This document shows, in pieces, positions 22,301 through 30,627 of a stretch of 64,000 nucleotides of DNA (position 1 is the stretch's first letter; each line of letters opens with the position of its first letter). The notes below the pieces were generated by a model. The model was not told the origin of the DNA. It saw nothing but the letters and a program-made list of their open reading frames with translations, and did not search any database. The translations under genes and the position numbers were made by a program. The stretch comes from Pirellulales bacterium (GTDB taxonomy: Bacteria; Planctomycetota; Planctomycetia; Pirellulales; UBA7805): assembly GCA_046582885.1 (NCBI GenBank), contig JAYGDO010000642.1:245-64244 (forward strand), given 5' to 3'.

Positions 22301-22468
22301 CGCCACCTCGGCGCCACTGTTACCGGCGAGCAATCGCCGATCTTCTAGCTTTTCGATTCGCAATCGGGTGCCGCAGGGGTGAGATGAAACGGCCGGAAGA
22401 CGGCGGGATTTGCGATGGCGAAAAATCATGATATACCGCGGGTGTTTATGCGGACCCTCACATCCCAT
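19367..22468 (-). CDS. Large secreted protein: SGNH/GDSL hydrolase domain, many parallel beta-helix repeats, and a C-terminal metzincin-like module with HALGH
   Basis: N-terminal RLRIEKLEDRRLLAG motif. GDSL block VLIIGDSISMGY. About 20 degenerate N-x-I-x-G-N / G-I-x-L repeats. C-terminal LLTVTMHALGHIAGLE. An alternative ATG lies at 22429. Confidence 0.8.
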   Translation of the reverse strand: MGCEGPHKHPRYIMIFRHRKSRRLPAVSSHPCGTRLRIEKLEDRRLLAGNSGAEVASMPSTATTGEIPVVADLPNVLIIGDSISMGYTGPVRETMGTLANVFRIPVNGRSSEHSLQRIDEWLGNDHWDVIHFNWGLHDIKIKGGQHKVPSDEYAANLNQLIERMQETGAELIWATTTPVPTGVPLSPLRDSGDEGIYNEVAANVMETANIRANDLHSFVLPQLSETQILGDVHYTTYGSEVLADKVVEEILSSTQVEFVSCLKVTNIQDNGLGSLRTAIECANAFPGSDTITFDVPGPGPHTIAPQSPLPPITESVVIDGLSDPDYSGQPAVEVSGAGTGPEASGFVVRGDGSTIRGLAINGFSDAGIRLASSNGHTVEANYIGTDLTGTSARPNGNGIRLNKSSDNTILANVISGNDEPGLRISGKSSTDNRILRNLIGTDFSGSVAVGNKAGIDIRGGTHNQIGGRGDLGNTISGNQTAGILLVANDNGVQGNRIGTNRSGDAALPNHYGVQVISAEGNVIGGETIGEQNQIAGNLKAGIRMDRTRTSGNTVIGNLIGTTASGDEPLENTNGIMLVAAPNNTIGGSTDGAGNTISGNAKHGVIILRSVNNHLQGNRIGISASGDTRVANGRHGIFIIDSADNKIGGSTTGSGNIISGNAGAAVRITQAGSDRNRIEGNAIGVGADRIMAIGNDYGVLIAKRVAGTTIGGEAAGAGNVIAHNRRTGVFVSGRAWTGNQVRRNSIHDNGGLDIAIGSLSTTPNDADDADRGPNNLQNSPDLEFITLNHEKLLQIEYSMSSAPANAAYPITVEFFLANAADSGTFLGQDKISGPGATTANIAAGPASFNDSIVATATDADGNTSEFSPAAGVAARLLTSAVQQTAESDVQAPELDPAQLAATVTIAVERLGELGLDADLFANVETVVADLPGATLGLALDHSITIDVNAAGHGWHASETHGLHPADFDTAAGISHHPHRMDLLTVTMHALGHIAGLESTYDIDARDDLMYGWLEPGVCRTSLDISAVDATFAGW

Positions 22469-22806
22469 CGTAATCAGAGTGAACGGGATTCGGGGCCCGC
22501 AGACAGAAAAAACGGTGTCCGCGTCCAGGAGTGATGCTTAATGTCAACGGACGTCGAAATTCCGCGACAAATCGGATCGACTAACAGCGGGACTACTCGT
22601 CAAATTCAACAAATCCAGAATCGTCCAGCCCGATGGAAAGAGTTCGTCGGCGGCCGCGCCGATGACTGCCGGTTGCGGGGGCAATCGTGTCTAATAGGTC
22701 TACGGCCAGTTGTGTAGGCCCTCGTACCCGCGGGCGTTGCCGGTTTGACGGTCGGGGTTAGAATTCGTACAAATACCGGCAGTTGGATTTATCGAATTGC
22801 GACGTC

Positions 22807-22904
22807 GGGCGAGGGGCCCCCGCAAAGGGGTCCTGTGAACCTGGTCAGGGCTTAACCGCAGCAGCCATAAGCAGTCAGCTCCTTGTGCGGTGGGTCTCTC
22901 GCTC
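22807..22904 (+). ncRNA. ffs: Signal recognition particle RNA (small 4.5S type)
   Basis: The core CCUGGUCAGG...GCAGCAGCC matches the conserved helix-8 motif (E. coli ACCAGGUCAGGUCCGGAAGGAAGCAGCC). The terminal stem GGGCGAG/CUCGCUC closes a long imperfect hairpin of about 98 nt. It lies directly upstream of dnaX, a common ffs position. Ends are approximate. Confidence 0.75.
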
Positions 22905-22996
22905 GACGTCGCCTGCGTGCCGTTGGGTTGCCGCTCCGCAGCCGTCGGGCGGGCAAGCAAAGGGCTCGCAGTCACATCGTATACCGGATCTCATAA

Positions 22997-24817
22997 ATGA
23001 CCGCAGACAGCGATCCTATCGAACCGACGCCCGAAAGCCCGGATCACAAGGCTGAATACGTCGTCGTGGCGCGCCGTTATCGGCCGCAGTCGTTTGAAGA
23101 ACTGGTTGGGCAAGAGCACGTGGCCAAAGCGCTAAGCAGCGCGATTGTGACGAACCGTGTCGGTCATGCTTATCTGTTCACCGGAGCGCGGGGGGTGGGG
23201 AAGACTTCGGCCGCGCGGATTCTGGCTAAGGCGCTCGATTGTGAAACCGGTCCGACGCCGACGCCTTGCAATCGGTGTGATATCTGCGAGGCCGCCAGCG
23301 TGGGCGACGACGTCGATGTGATTGAGATCGACGGCGCGAGCAATCGTGGAATCGATGAGATACGGCAGCTGCGATCCAATGTAAACGTACGTCCCAGTCG
23401 GGCGCGGTTCAAAATATACATCATCGACGAAGTCCATATGCTCACCCGCGATGCTTTCAACGCGCTGTTAAAGACGCTGGAAGAGCCGCCCGAGCACGTC
23501 AAGTTTATTTTCTGCACGACCGAGCCGAATAAGATCCCGAGTACGGTTTTGTCGAGGTGCCAACGGTATGACTTCGCGGGCATTCAGTCAGACGCCATTG
23601 TCGCTCGGCTGGCGCAGATTGTGGCCGCCGAAGGAATGATGGCGGACGCCGATGCCCTGCAACTGATCGCCCGCCGCGCGGCCGGGTCGATGCGCGACAG
23701 TCAATCGTTGCTCGAACAGTTGTTGGCGTTCGCTGCCGAACACATCACGGTCGGCGACGTTCACGAAATGTTGGGAACGGCCGACAGCACGCGGCTCTTG
23801 GAGATTGCCCAGCAACTGGCGGCGGGCGATGCCGCGAGCGTGTTGGCGTTGCTGGACGAAACGCTCGGCCAGGGCGTTGATGTCGGGCAACTGCTGGAGC
23901 AGTTGGTGGGCGTGTTTCGTGACGGCATGGTCGCGCTGGCGGGTTGCCGCGATGACGCGTTCTTGCAAGCCATCGGTACCGACGAGCAGGCCAAGGTCCG
24001 CGAGGTCGCCAACAGCCTTGGCCTGGAAACGACGCTGGCCGTGTTGGAGATCCTAGAGCAGGCGCTTTCGGGTTTGCGCTACACGACACACGGTCGGATA
24101 CTGACGGAAGTAGCACTGGTGCGGTGCTGTAAGTTGGACGACTTGGAATCGTTGGCCAATCTCGTCTCGCAACTCGGCGTTGCCGCTGGCCCCACAACGC
24201 CTGCCAAACCGGTTCCGCCGGCAAAAAAAAAATCTGAAGTGTCCCTAAGCGAATCGGTGCGTTCGGCGGTGGACCTTGGCGGTTTGACCGCGGCGAAGCC
24301 GCCGCCTCCGGACCAATCGGACTTAAGCGGTGCGGACACGGAATCCCCAGTCACGGAGTTCCCAGTCACGGAGTCCCCAGTCACGGAATCCCCAGTCACG
24401 GAATCCCCAGTCACGGAGGTTGTCGACCAGCAATTCGCTCTGTCCGTAGCCAATGCCAAGGAAATCTGGGAGCAAACACTAGAAAAGCTGTCGGGGATGG
24501 TCGAGGCAAGGGCGAAAAACTACAGCCAGCTCGCAATTCCTGCACCGAATCGACTGGTCGTAAGTTTCAGCGAAACCTACAATTTGTGTAAGTCGTTCTG
24601 CGAACGGCCGGAGCAAATTGAACGGATTCAACGGGCGCTCGAGGAAGTCACCGGCGCACGAGTTCGAGTTGTATTTTCGCTTAGCGACGATCCGGCCGAG
24701 GAAGCACCAAAAAAATCAGCTCCCAGCCGACAACAAAAACTAGCGGCGATCGCCGACAACCCAATGGTCCGTCGGGCACGCGACCTTTTCGGCGCTCGAC
24801 CGGTCGATTTTGATTAG
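22997..24817 (+). CDS. dnaX: DNA polymerase III subunits gamma/tau
   Basis: Walker A GARGVGKTS, Cys module CNRCDICEA, Walker B IIDEVHML and sensor SRCQRYDF, followed by a P/S-rich linker and a tau-type C-terminal region. Confidence 0.95.
   Translation: MTADSDPIEPTPESPDHKAEYVVVARRYRPQSFEELVGQEHVAKALSSAIVTNRVGHAYLFTGARGVGKTSAARILAKALDCETGPTPTPCNRCDICEAASVGDDVDVIEIDGASNRGIDEIRQLRSNVNVRPSRARFKIYIIDEVHMLTRDAFNALLKTLEEPPEHVKFIFCTTEPNKIPSTVLSRCQRYDFAGIQSDAIVARLAQIVAAEGMMADADALQLIARRAAGSMRDSQSLLEQLLAFAAEHITVGDVHEMLGTADSTRLLEIAQQLAAGDAASVLALLDETLGQGVDVGQLLEQLVGVFRDGMVALAGCRDDAFLQAIGTDEQAKVREVANSLGLETTLAVLEILEQALSGLRYTTHGRILTEVALVRCCKLDDLESLANLVSQLGVAAGPTTPAKPVPPAKKKSEVSLSESVRSAVDLGGLTAAKPPPPDQSDLSGADTESPVTEFPVTESPVTESPVTESPVTEVVDQQFALSVANAKEIWEQTLEKLSGMVEARAKNYSQLAIPAPNRLVVSFSETYNLCKSFCERPEQIERIQRALEEVTGARVRVVFSLSDDPAEEAPKKSAPSRQQKLAAIADNPMVRRARDLFGARPVDFD
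24341..24415 (+). repeat. In-frame 15-bp tandem repeat x5 inside dnaX (encodes ESPVT/EFPVT units)
   Basis: Read directly: gaatccccagtcacg / gagttcccagtcacg / gagtccccagtcacg / gaatccccagtcacg / gaatccccagtcacg. Confidence 0.95.
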
Positions 24818-24902
24818 TCCAGCGTCGAGCGTGGATTTCCGGGGAAGAAACGGTCTTTTCTCGGCACTCTCGGCTTCGGAATTTCATCTCAAGGAGTTTG
24901 CT

Positions 24903-25310
24903 GTGTTTAAGGGAATTACCAATATTGGTTCGATGATCAAACAGGCCCAAAAAATCGGGTCGAAGATGCAGGAGATGAACGAGAAGCTCAAGGCCATGCG
25001 GGCCAGCGGCGCGGCGGGTGGAGGACTGGTCGAGGCCGAAGTGAACGGACTGGGCGAAGTGATCAGCGTCCGCATTGATTCTACCCTGATCGAAAAACAG
25101 GATCGCGAACTGATCGAAGACCTTGTGCCGGCGGCGATCAATCAAGCGCAGGCCAAGGCCAAGGAACAGCATGCCGAAACGATTAAAGGGCTGACGGGTG
25201 GCATGAATCTGCCCGGGTTGGACGAAGCGCTCGGTTCGCTGGGCGGTGAGCTGGCCGACCATGAAAACGCTAGTGAAGACGATAATGATGAGGAGATAGT
25301 GCGGGATTGA
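24903..25310 (+). CDS. ybaB: Nucleoid-associated protein YbaB/EbfC with acidic C-terminal tail
   Basis: GTG 24903 is preceded by AAGGAG at 24891-24896. (M)[28 protein letters not shown]...[11 protein letters not shown] is typical of YbaB. Conserved dnaX-ybaB-recR order. Confidence 0.85.
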   Translation: MFKGITNIGSMIKQAQKIGSKMQEMNEKLKAMRASGAAGGGLVEAEVNGLGEVISVRIDSTLIEKQDRELIEDLVPAAINQAQAKAKEQHAETIKGLTGGMNLPGLDEALGSLGGELADHENASEDDNDEEIVRD

Positions 25311-25383
25311 ATTGTTCAGTATCGCCCGCGCCGAGTTTCTCTCGCTTCGATCAAGGGGAAGGACCAACCAAGGGGGCACGGCT

Positions 25384-25983
25384 TTGGATCAGATCAGCCA
25401 GTCGGTCAGCGAGCTTGTCGAGCAGTTTTCCAAGTTGCCGGGGGTCGGCAAGAAATCTGCCGAGCGGCTGGCCTACCATGTTTTGCGAATGCACGAGTCG
25501 GAAGCGATGGCGCTAGCTACAGCGATCGAGCGTGTGAAGAAAAACGTCCGGTATTGCCAGGCCTGCTTTAATTTGACCGAGGCTGACGAGTGTTCGATTT
25601 GCCGCGATCCGCGGCGTGATCGCACACGGATTTGCGTGGTTGAACAACCGCGCGATCTGTTGTCGCTGGAAGGAACGGGGGCCTTCAAGGGGCTGTATCA
25701 TGTACTGCTCGGCCGGATCGCGCCGTTGGAGGGAATCGGACCCGAGCAGCTGACCATCGACCAACTGATCGAACGTATCCGGGGTGGCGGGTTCGTGGAG
25801 GTGATCATGGCCACCAATCCGACGCTGGAAGGGGATGGCACGGCGCTGCACATCTCCAATTTGTTGGCAGAAACATCCGTAACGATCACGAGGCTCGCAC
25901 GAGGTGTAACGTCCGGTAGCGTGCTCGAATACGCCAATCAAGAGATGCTGTCGGACGCCATGGCCGGGCGGCAACCGTTCTAG
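25384..25983 (+). CDS. recR: Recombination protein RecR
   Basis: HhH region [17 protein letters not shown], zinc finger [16 protein letters not shown] and a Toprim region. The ORF opens at TTG 25312. TTG 25384 gives a typical RecR length of about 199 aa, so the start is uncertain. Confidence 0.85.
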   Translation: MDQISQSVSELVEQFSKLPGVGKKSAERLAYHVLRMHESEAMALATAIERVKKNVRYCQACFNLTEADECSICRDPRRDRTRICVVEQPRDLLSLEGTGAFKGLYHVLLGRIAPLEGIGPEQLTIDQLIERIRGGGFVEVIMATNPTLEGDGTALHISNLLAETSVTITRLARGVTSGSVLEYANQEMLSDAMAGRQPF

Positions 25984-26149
25984 TCGGCCCGCATAATCCT
26001 TAATACCAGACCGCGAAAAAATGACGTAGAATGTACGTGAAGAAGTGTAACGTGCCGCGGCGGTCCGGATGTGGGGACTGCCGGCACTACCAGGCTAATT
26101 CAAATTTGGGCTTTTAGTAGAGACGGACTCCAACTGATTCGGCACGGGT

Positions 26150-27631
26150 ATGCGACTTTCGTTTGGACAAGAAATGCGAATGGTTCAGAAGCAGGTGCTT
26201 GCACCGCGGATGATCCAGTCCATGGAGATCCTGCAGTTGCCGATTATGGCGCTGCAGGAGCGGATCGATCAAGAGTTGCAAGAGAACCCCACCTTGGAAT
26301 TGACCGATGTCGATCCCGATCTTCCCGAAGAATCTCACGAAGCCGAGAATCCCGACGCACCTTCCGACACCGAAAAAGAGCTGGTCGTCGACGAGAACAA
26401 AAACAACGAAGAGGATTTCGAACGACTGGTCAACATGAACGAAGAGTGGCCGGACCATTTCGAAGAACGCAGCCGCCCATCCACTAATCGAATTGAACAA
26501 TTATCGGCGGGCCGGCACGACGCCATGGCCAACATGGTCGATCGCCCGCAGACGCTACAGGACTATCTGCGCGATCAGGTTAGCTGGTTTGATCTGGACG
26601 ACGGCCTGAAGCATTTGGTTGAGCGAATCATTTACAACCTGAACAAACACGGTCGGCTGCAAGGCCAGTTGGACGACCTGCTCCCGCCCGATGCGCCGCC
26701 GGAGCGATTGGCGTTGGCCGAGCGGGCCTTGGAGATTGTACAGAGACTCGATCCGCTGGGCGTGGGTGCTCGTGACGACCGCGAATGTTTGCTATTGCAG
26801 CTTAATCCCGGCATGCTGTTACACAAAGAATTGCGGACGCTGATCAGCGATCACCTCGAGGATCTAGCCAGCAACCGGCTGCCGGTCATCTCACGCAAGA
26901 CCGGGTATTCGATCGAAAAAATCCATGAAATTTGGGACGAACTGAAAAAGCTCAATCCGCATCCGGGCGCGGTGTTTAGCGAAATCCACAATCCGACGGT
27001 GACGCCGGACGTTTACGTCGAGCGGGATGACGATGGCAGTTACCGCATCCGGCTGGACGACGAAAGTTTGCCGAATCTCTTTATCAGCCCGACCTATCGG
27101 CGTTTGCTGTCGGATCCGACCGCCTCGGCTACGGCCAAGGAGTTCATCAAACGCAAAATCAACGCCGCACAATGGTTGATCGAATCGATCCAACAACGAC
27201 GCAACACGCTCACAAAAGTCTCCCAGGCGATCGTCGATCATCAGAACGAGTTTTTGGATAAGGGACCCGAGGCGATCGGGCCGCTAAAAATGCAGCAGAT
27301 TGCCGACAAGGTTGGCGTCCACGTCACGACAGTCAGTCGAGCGGTGGATGATAAATGGATTCAAACGCCGCGCGGCATCTTTCCGCTGAAACGGTTCTTT
27401 GTTGGCGGCACGGTCAGCGCGGACGGCGAAGAAGTTGCCTGGGACACGGTGCGATTGAAGTTGCAGGAACTCATCGATAACGAAGACAAACAAAAACCGT
27501 ACAGCGACGACAAACTCGTCAAGAAACTTGCCGGCCACGGGCTGACGGTTGCTCGACGCACGGTAACCAAATATCGCAAAGCGATGAATATTCCCAGTTC
27601 GCGTCAACGACGCGATTGGCTGAAGGAGTGA
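26150..27631 (+). CDS. rpoN: RNA polymerase sigma-54 factor
   Basis: N-terminal Q/L-rich region I (MVQKQVLAPRMIQSMEILQLPIMALQERI), an acidic region, and a C-terminal RpoN box ARRTVTKYRKAMNIPSS. Confidence 0.9.
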   Translation: MRLSFGQEMRMVQKQVLAPRMIQSMEILQLPIMALQERIDQELQENPTLELTDVDPDLPEESHEAENPDAPSDTEKELVVDENKNNEEDFERLVNMNEEWPDHFEERSRPSTNRIEQLSAGRHDAMANMVDRPQTLQDYLRDQVSWFDLDDGLKHLVERIIYNLNKHGRLQGQLDDLLPPDAPPERLALAERALEIVQRLDPLGVGARDDRECLLLQLNPGMLLHKELRTLISDHLEDLASNRLPVISRKTGYSIEKIHEIWDELKKLNPHPGAVFSEIHNPTVTPDVYVERDDDGSYRIRLDDESLPNLFISPTYRRLLSDPTASATAKEFIKRKINAAQWLIESIQQRRNTLTKVSQAIVDHQNEFLDKGPEAIGPLKMQQIADKVGVHVTTVSRAVDDKWIQTPRGIFPLKRFFVGGTVSADGEEVAWDTVRLKLQELIDNEDKQKPYSDDKLVKKLAGHGLTVARRTVTKYRKAMNIPSSRQRRDWLKE

Positions 27632-27691
27632 ATCCCTAACACCAGCATCGACCGGTTCTTGGGTGTCGGGGTATTTCTTCAGCGGGGACTC

Positions 27692-28405
27692 TTACACGGC
27701 TTCGATGTGCAGGCCGCGCCGGACGCGTTCTTTTCGTCGCGCCGCGTCGAGTTGTCCCGCGACCTCTTTAACTTGGTCGATCCCTTTGAGCACCAATTCT
27801 GAGTGGCTTTTGTCGCTTGATTCCAGACGGATTGTGCCGACGCCGACGATCCGCTCAATGATATTCTGCTCAAAAGCAACATCGTCGATGTCGATCACTT
27901 CGACGCGATCCGTCTTGCGGCGCAGAATGCCTTGCTCATGGATGAATCGTTGCGAAGTGAGGTGATAGTGGACGTCTAGCCGCATGTAAACGAGCCGCAG
28001 TAAGAGGCCGATCCACACGCAGGCAGTTGCTATCGATAAATAAAGCCAGACCCTGCCCGAAGCGCCCAGCCAGATCGCACCAACCATCGCTAGCAGTGTC
28101 AGTAGCCCCGCAGCGATCCAAACGGAGAACATGGCTTTGGGCGAATAGCCGCCCTTCCAAATGTCCACCTCTTCGTCGTCGACGATATCTTGACGGTCGT
28201 CGGCGGGTCTGAATTTGTCGCGAGGCGTTGCGGTCGTCGATTCCGAGGCGGTAGCCGGCGGCGGCGATTCTGGGGCGGAGTTGTCCGCCGACGGCGCGGC
28301 GGCGTGACCTTCGAATCCGTTATCATTGCCTCCTAGTCGGACGCCGCACTTGGGGCAAAACAGCCCGTCTTCGCTAACCTCAGACTCGCACTTTGGACAA
28401 ATCAT
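27692..28405 (-). CDS. Membrane protein with N-terminal zinc ribbon and C-terminal bacterial PH (YdbS/YdbT-like) domain
   Basis: ATG 28405 gives MICPKCESEVSEDGLFCPKCG. Two TM helices follow, then YHLTSQRFIHEQGILRRKTDRVEVIDIDDVAFEQNIIERIVGVGTIRL. Confidence 0.65.
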   Translation of the reverse strand: MICPKCESEVSEDGLFCPKCGVRLGGNDNGFEGHAAAPSADNSAPESPPPATASESTTATPRDKFRPADDRQDIVDDEEVDIWKGGYSPKAMFSVWIAAGLLTLLAMVGAIWLGASGRVWLYLSIATACVWIGLLLRLVYMRLDVHYHLTSQRFIHEQGILRRKTDRVEVIDIDDVAFEQNIIERIVGVGTIRLESSDKSHSELVLKGIDQVKEVAGQLDAARRKERVRRGLHIEAV

Positions 28406-28542
28406 GTTGTTTCTTTCCCGATTTTTCAAACAATGGACGAGTGGCGGCATTATACCGTCGAACGCCGAGATCGTGTATTCTATTAGGTGGTGGGGTCGGC
28501 AACTACGTCGCGTCGGCCCAGAGCAGCAAAGGCGGCAGCAAG

Positions 28543-29007
28543 ATGAAGTGTCCGTATTGTCAGAAAGACAATGACCGCGTGATCGACTCGCGCGCCAGCC
28601 AGGACGGATTTTCGATCCGCCGCCGGCGCGAATGCAACAGTTGTCAGAAGCGGTACACCACCTACGAGCGAATTGAAGAACGCCCCATCCAAGTTGTCAA
28701 GAAGGACGGCGCGCGTGTGCCGTTTCACCGCGAAAAGATTCGCATGGGATTGGAAAAAGCGTGTTGGAAAAGGCCGATTCGCGCCGAGCAAATTGAAGCA
28801 ATCGTCGTTGAAATTGAAAACGAAATGTATGCCAGTATCGACACAGAAGTCGAAAGCCAGTACTTGGGCGAACTGATCATGGATCGATTGCGGCGGCTCG
28901 ACCAGGTCGCCTATGTGCGATTCGCCAGTGTCTATCGCGAATTTCAGGACGCGCACGACTTTGTGGACGAGCTTGAACCGATGCTTAGAGAATTGCGGCC
29001 GAAGTAG
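28543..29007 (+). CDS. nrdR: Transcriptional repressor NrdR
   Basis: ATG 28543 gives [45 protein letters not shown] (zinc ribbon), followed by an ATP-cone. The upstream part of ORF 28393 is rejected as a spurious extension. Confidence 0.9.
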   Translation: MKCPYCQKDNDRVIDSRASQDGFSIRRRRECNSCQKRYTTYERIEERPIQVVKKDGARVPFHREKIRMGLEKACWKRPIRAEQIEAIVVEIENEMYASIDTEVESQYLGELIMDRLRRLDQVAYVRFASVYREFQDAHDFVDELEPMLRELRPK

Positions 29008-29083
29008 GCTTGAGCCGCCGGTAACGCAGCGGCTAAGTCTCGAATGTTCTCAGTACCGATTTGAAACAAGTTTGTCCGATCCC

Positions 29084-30025
29084 ATGCCTGACGACTATTA
29101 CCAAACGCTTGGCGTGGCCCGTGGCGCTTCGCAAACAGAAATCGAGAAGGCTTACAGGGATTTGGCGCGCAAATACCATCCGGATTTGAACCCGGATGAC
29201 AAAACAGCCAAGCAGAAATTCCAGCAACTCCAGCGCGCCTTCGAGGTACTCAAGGACCCGGAAAAACGCGAAATGTACGATCGCTATGGCAGTTCGTTCG
29301 AATCGATGGGGACGGCCGATCCAGGAGGCAATCCGTTTGCCGGTGGTGCGCCGGGTGGCGCTGAATTTGACTTCAGCGATTTCTTTGGCGAACGATTTGG
29401 TCGGGGAGCTGGCTCAGGCGGTGTTGAGGAGATACTGCGGGAGATGGGTGGTGGCGGACGGCGTCGACAACGCGCCAAGCGTGGTGGCGATATTCAGCAC
29501 GAATTGCGAGTTCCGTTTGCGACGTCCGTTTTGGGGGGAGAAGCGCAAATCACCGTCCAACGTGCGAACGGCAAGGTTGAAACGCTGCAAGTCAAGATTC
29601 CTGTAGGAATCGACGACGGAAAAAAAATACGATTGCGCGGACAGGGCGAGCCGCCGACCGGCAGAGGTGAACATGGCGATATTCTCATTACGGTGCGAGT
29701 TAGCCCGCATCCGCTGTTCAGGCGGTCCGGAAACAACCTGGAATTGCGGGTGCCGGTGACGATGGCCGAAGCCGCGCTGGGGGCAAAGATCGAAATCCCG
29801 TCGCCCTCCGGGGCAATTACTTTATCGGTGCCACCGGGTACATCGAGCGGCTCAAAATTGCGTGTCCGTGGCCACGGCGTCCATCCCACCAAGGGAACCG
29901 TTGGTGATCTGCTGGCCGAAATTCAAATCATGTCGCCAAAGGGTGTGGATGACGATGCCATTGCGGTGTTGCGCCAGTTGGACGATTGCTACGACGGCAA
30001 TCCCAGAGACGATCTCCAATGGTGA
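29084..30025 (+). CDS. Class-B J-domain chaperone (DnaJ/CbpA-like, no zinc-finger domain)
   Basis: ATG 29084 gives [42 protein letters not shown]-rich region and two C-terminal beta domains follow. There are no CxxCxGxG repeats. Confidence 0.85.
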   Translation: MPDDYYQTLGVARGASQTEIEKAYRDLARKYHPDLNPDDKTAKQKFQQLQRAFEVLKDPEKREMYDRYGSSFESMGTADPGGNPFAGGAPGGAEFDFSDFFGERFGRGAGSGGVEEILREMGGGGRRRQRAKRGGDIQHELRVPFATSVLGGEAQITVQRANGKVETLQVKIPVGIDDGKKIRLRGQGEPPTGRGEHGDILITVRVSPHPLFRRSGNNLELRVPVTMAEAALGAKIEIPSPSGAITLSVPPGTSSGSKLRVRGHGVHPTKGTVGDLLAEIQIMSPKGVDDDAIAVLRQLDDCYDGNPRDDLQW

Positions 30026-30381
30026 GCGACCAGCGGTTTCTGTCGATTTACCGCTTGCGCAAATCTGCGGAATTTGACCGAGTTTTCTCGCGTCGGCGAT
30101 CGGCGTCGGACCCGATGTTAATCGTTTATGGTTGTGAGAGTGAGTTGGAATATTCGCGGATCGGGTTGGTCGTTTCGCGGCGAGTGGGCGGGGCTGTCGT
30201 ACGTAACCGCTGGAAGCGGCTGGTCCGGGAAGCATTTCGCACGCGTCGCGAAGAATTGCCAACCGGCGTTGACTGGGTTGTTTTGCCGCAACGCGGTGCC
30301 GAGCCAAATTTTCACACGATCGTAAATTCAATGTTGGAATTGATGCCGCGCGTCTGGCAAAGGCTCGAGCGATTGAAATGA
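30019..30381 (+). CDS. rnpA: Ribonuclease P protein component
   Basis: [13 protein letters not shown]...[31 protein letters not shown] 30019 overlaps the J-protein stop (ATGGTGA). Followed by yidD. Confidence 0.85.
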   Translation: MVSDQRFLSIYRLRKSAEFDRVFSRRRSASDPMLIVYGCESELEYSRIGLVVSRRVGGAVVRNRWKRLVREAFRTRREELPTGVDWVVLPQRGAEPNFHTIVNSMLELMPRVWQRLERLK

Positions 30382-30617
30382 GACTCTTGTGGGTAGCAGT
30401 GATCGGACTTCCATCTTGGATTTTGCGGGTGATCGTTCGCGGCTATCAGATTTGCATTAGCCCGCTGCTGGGACCGCGGTGCCGGTTTACACCGACGTGC
30501 AGCGAGTACTTTATCCTCAGCGTTGAAAAATATGGTGCGATGCGAGGCGGTGTTCGCGGTGTCCGGAGAATATGTCGCTGTCACCCTTGGAATTCCGGCG
30601 GTCACGATCCTCCGTGA
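30378..30617 (+). CDS. yidD: Membrane protein insertion efficiency factor YidD
   Basis: YQICISPLLGPRCRFTPTCSEY...HPWNSGGHDP. The start overlaps the rnpA stop. Confidence 0.9.
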   Translation: MRLLWVAVIGLPSWILRVIVRGYQICISPLLGPRCRFTPTCSEYFILSVEKYGAMRGGVRGVRRICRCHPWNSGGHDPP

Positions 30618-30627
30618 CTTTTGAATC

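Noticed and set aside
22746-22765. TTGACG ... TAGAAT considered as a promoter for the SRP RNA
   Set aside because: The spacer between the two hexamers is only 8 nt, which is incompatible with a sigma-70 promoter. I could not define a convincing ffs promoter.
24341-24415. Short direct repeats considered as a possible CRISPR array
   Set aside because: The units are 15 bp and contiguous with no spacers, and they are in frame within dnaX. This is a coding tandem repeat, not CRISPR.
28393-28542. Upstream extensions of nrdR. The same applies to 28913-29083 for the J-protein and 38409-38588 for the PQQ-propeller protein.
   Set aside because: In each case an internal ATG coincides exactly with the conserved N-terminus or signal peptide ([29 protein letters not shown]). 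The extensions also overlap neighbouring genes or promoter regions.
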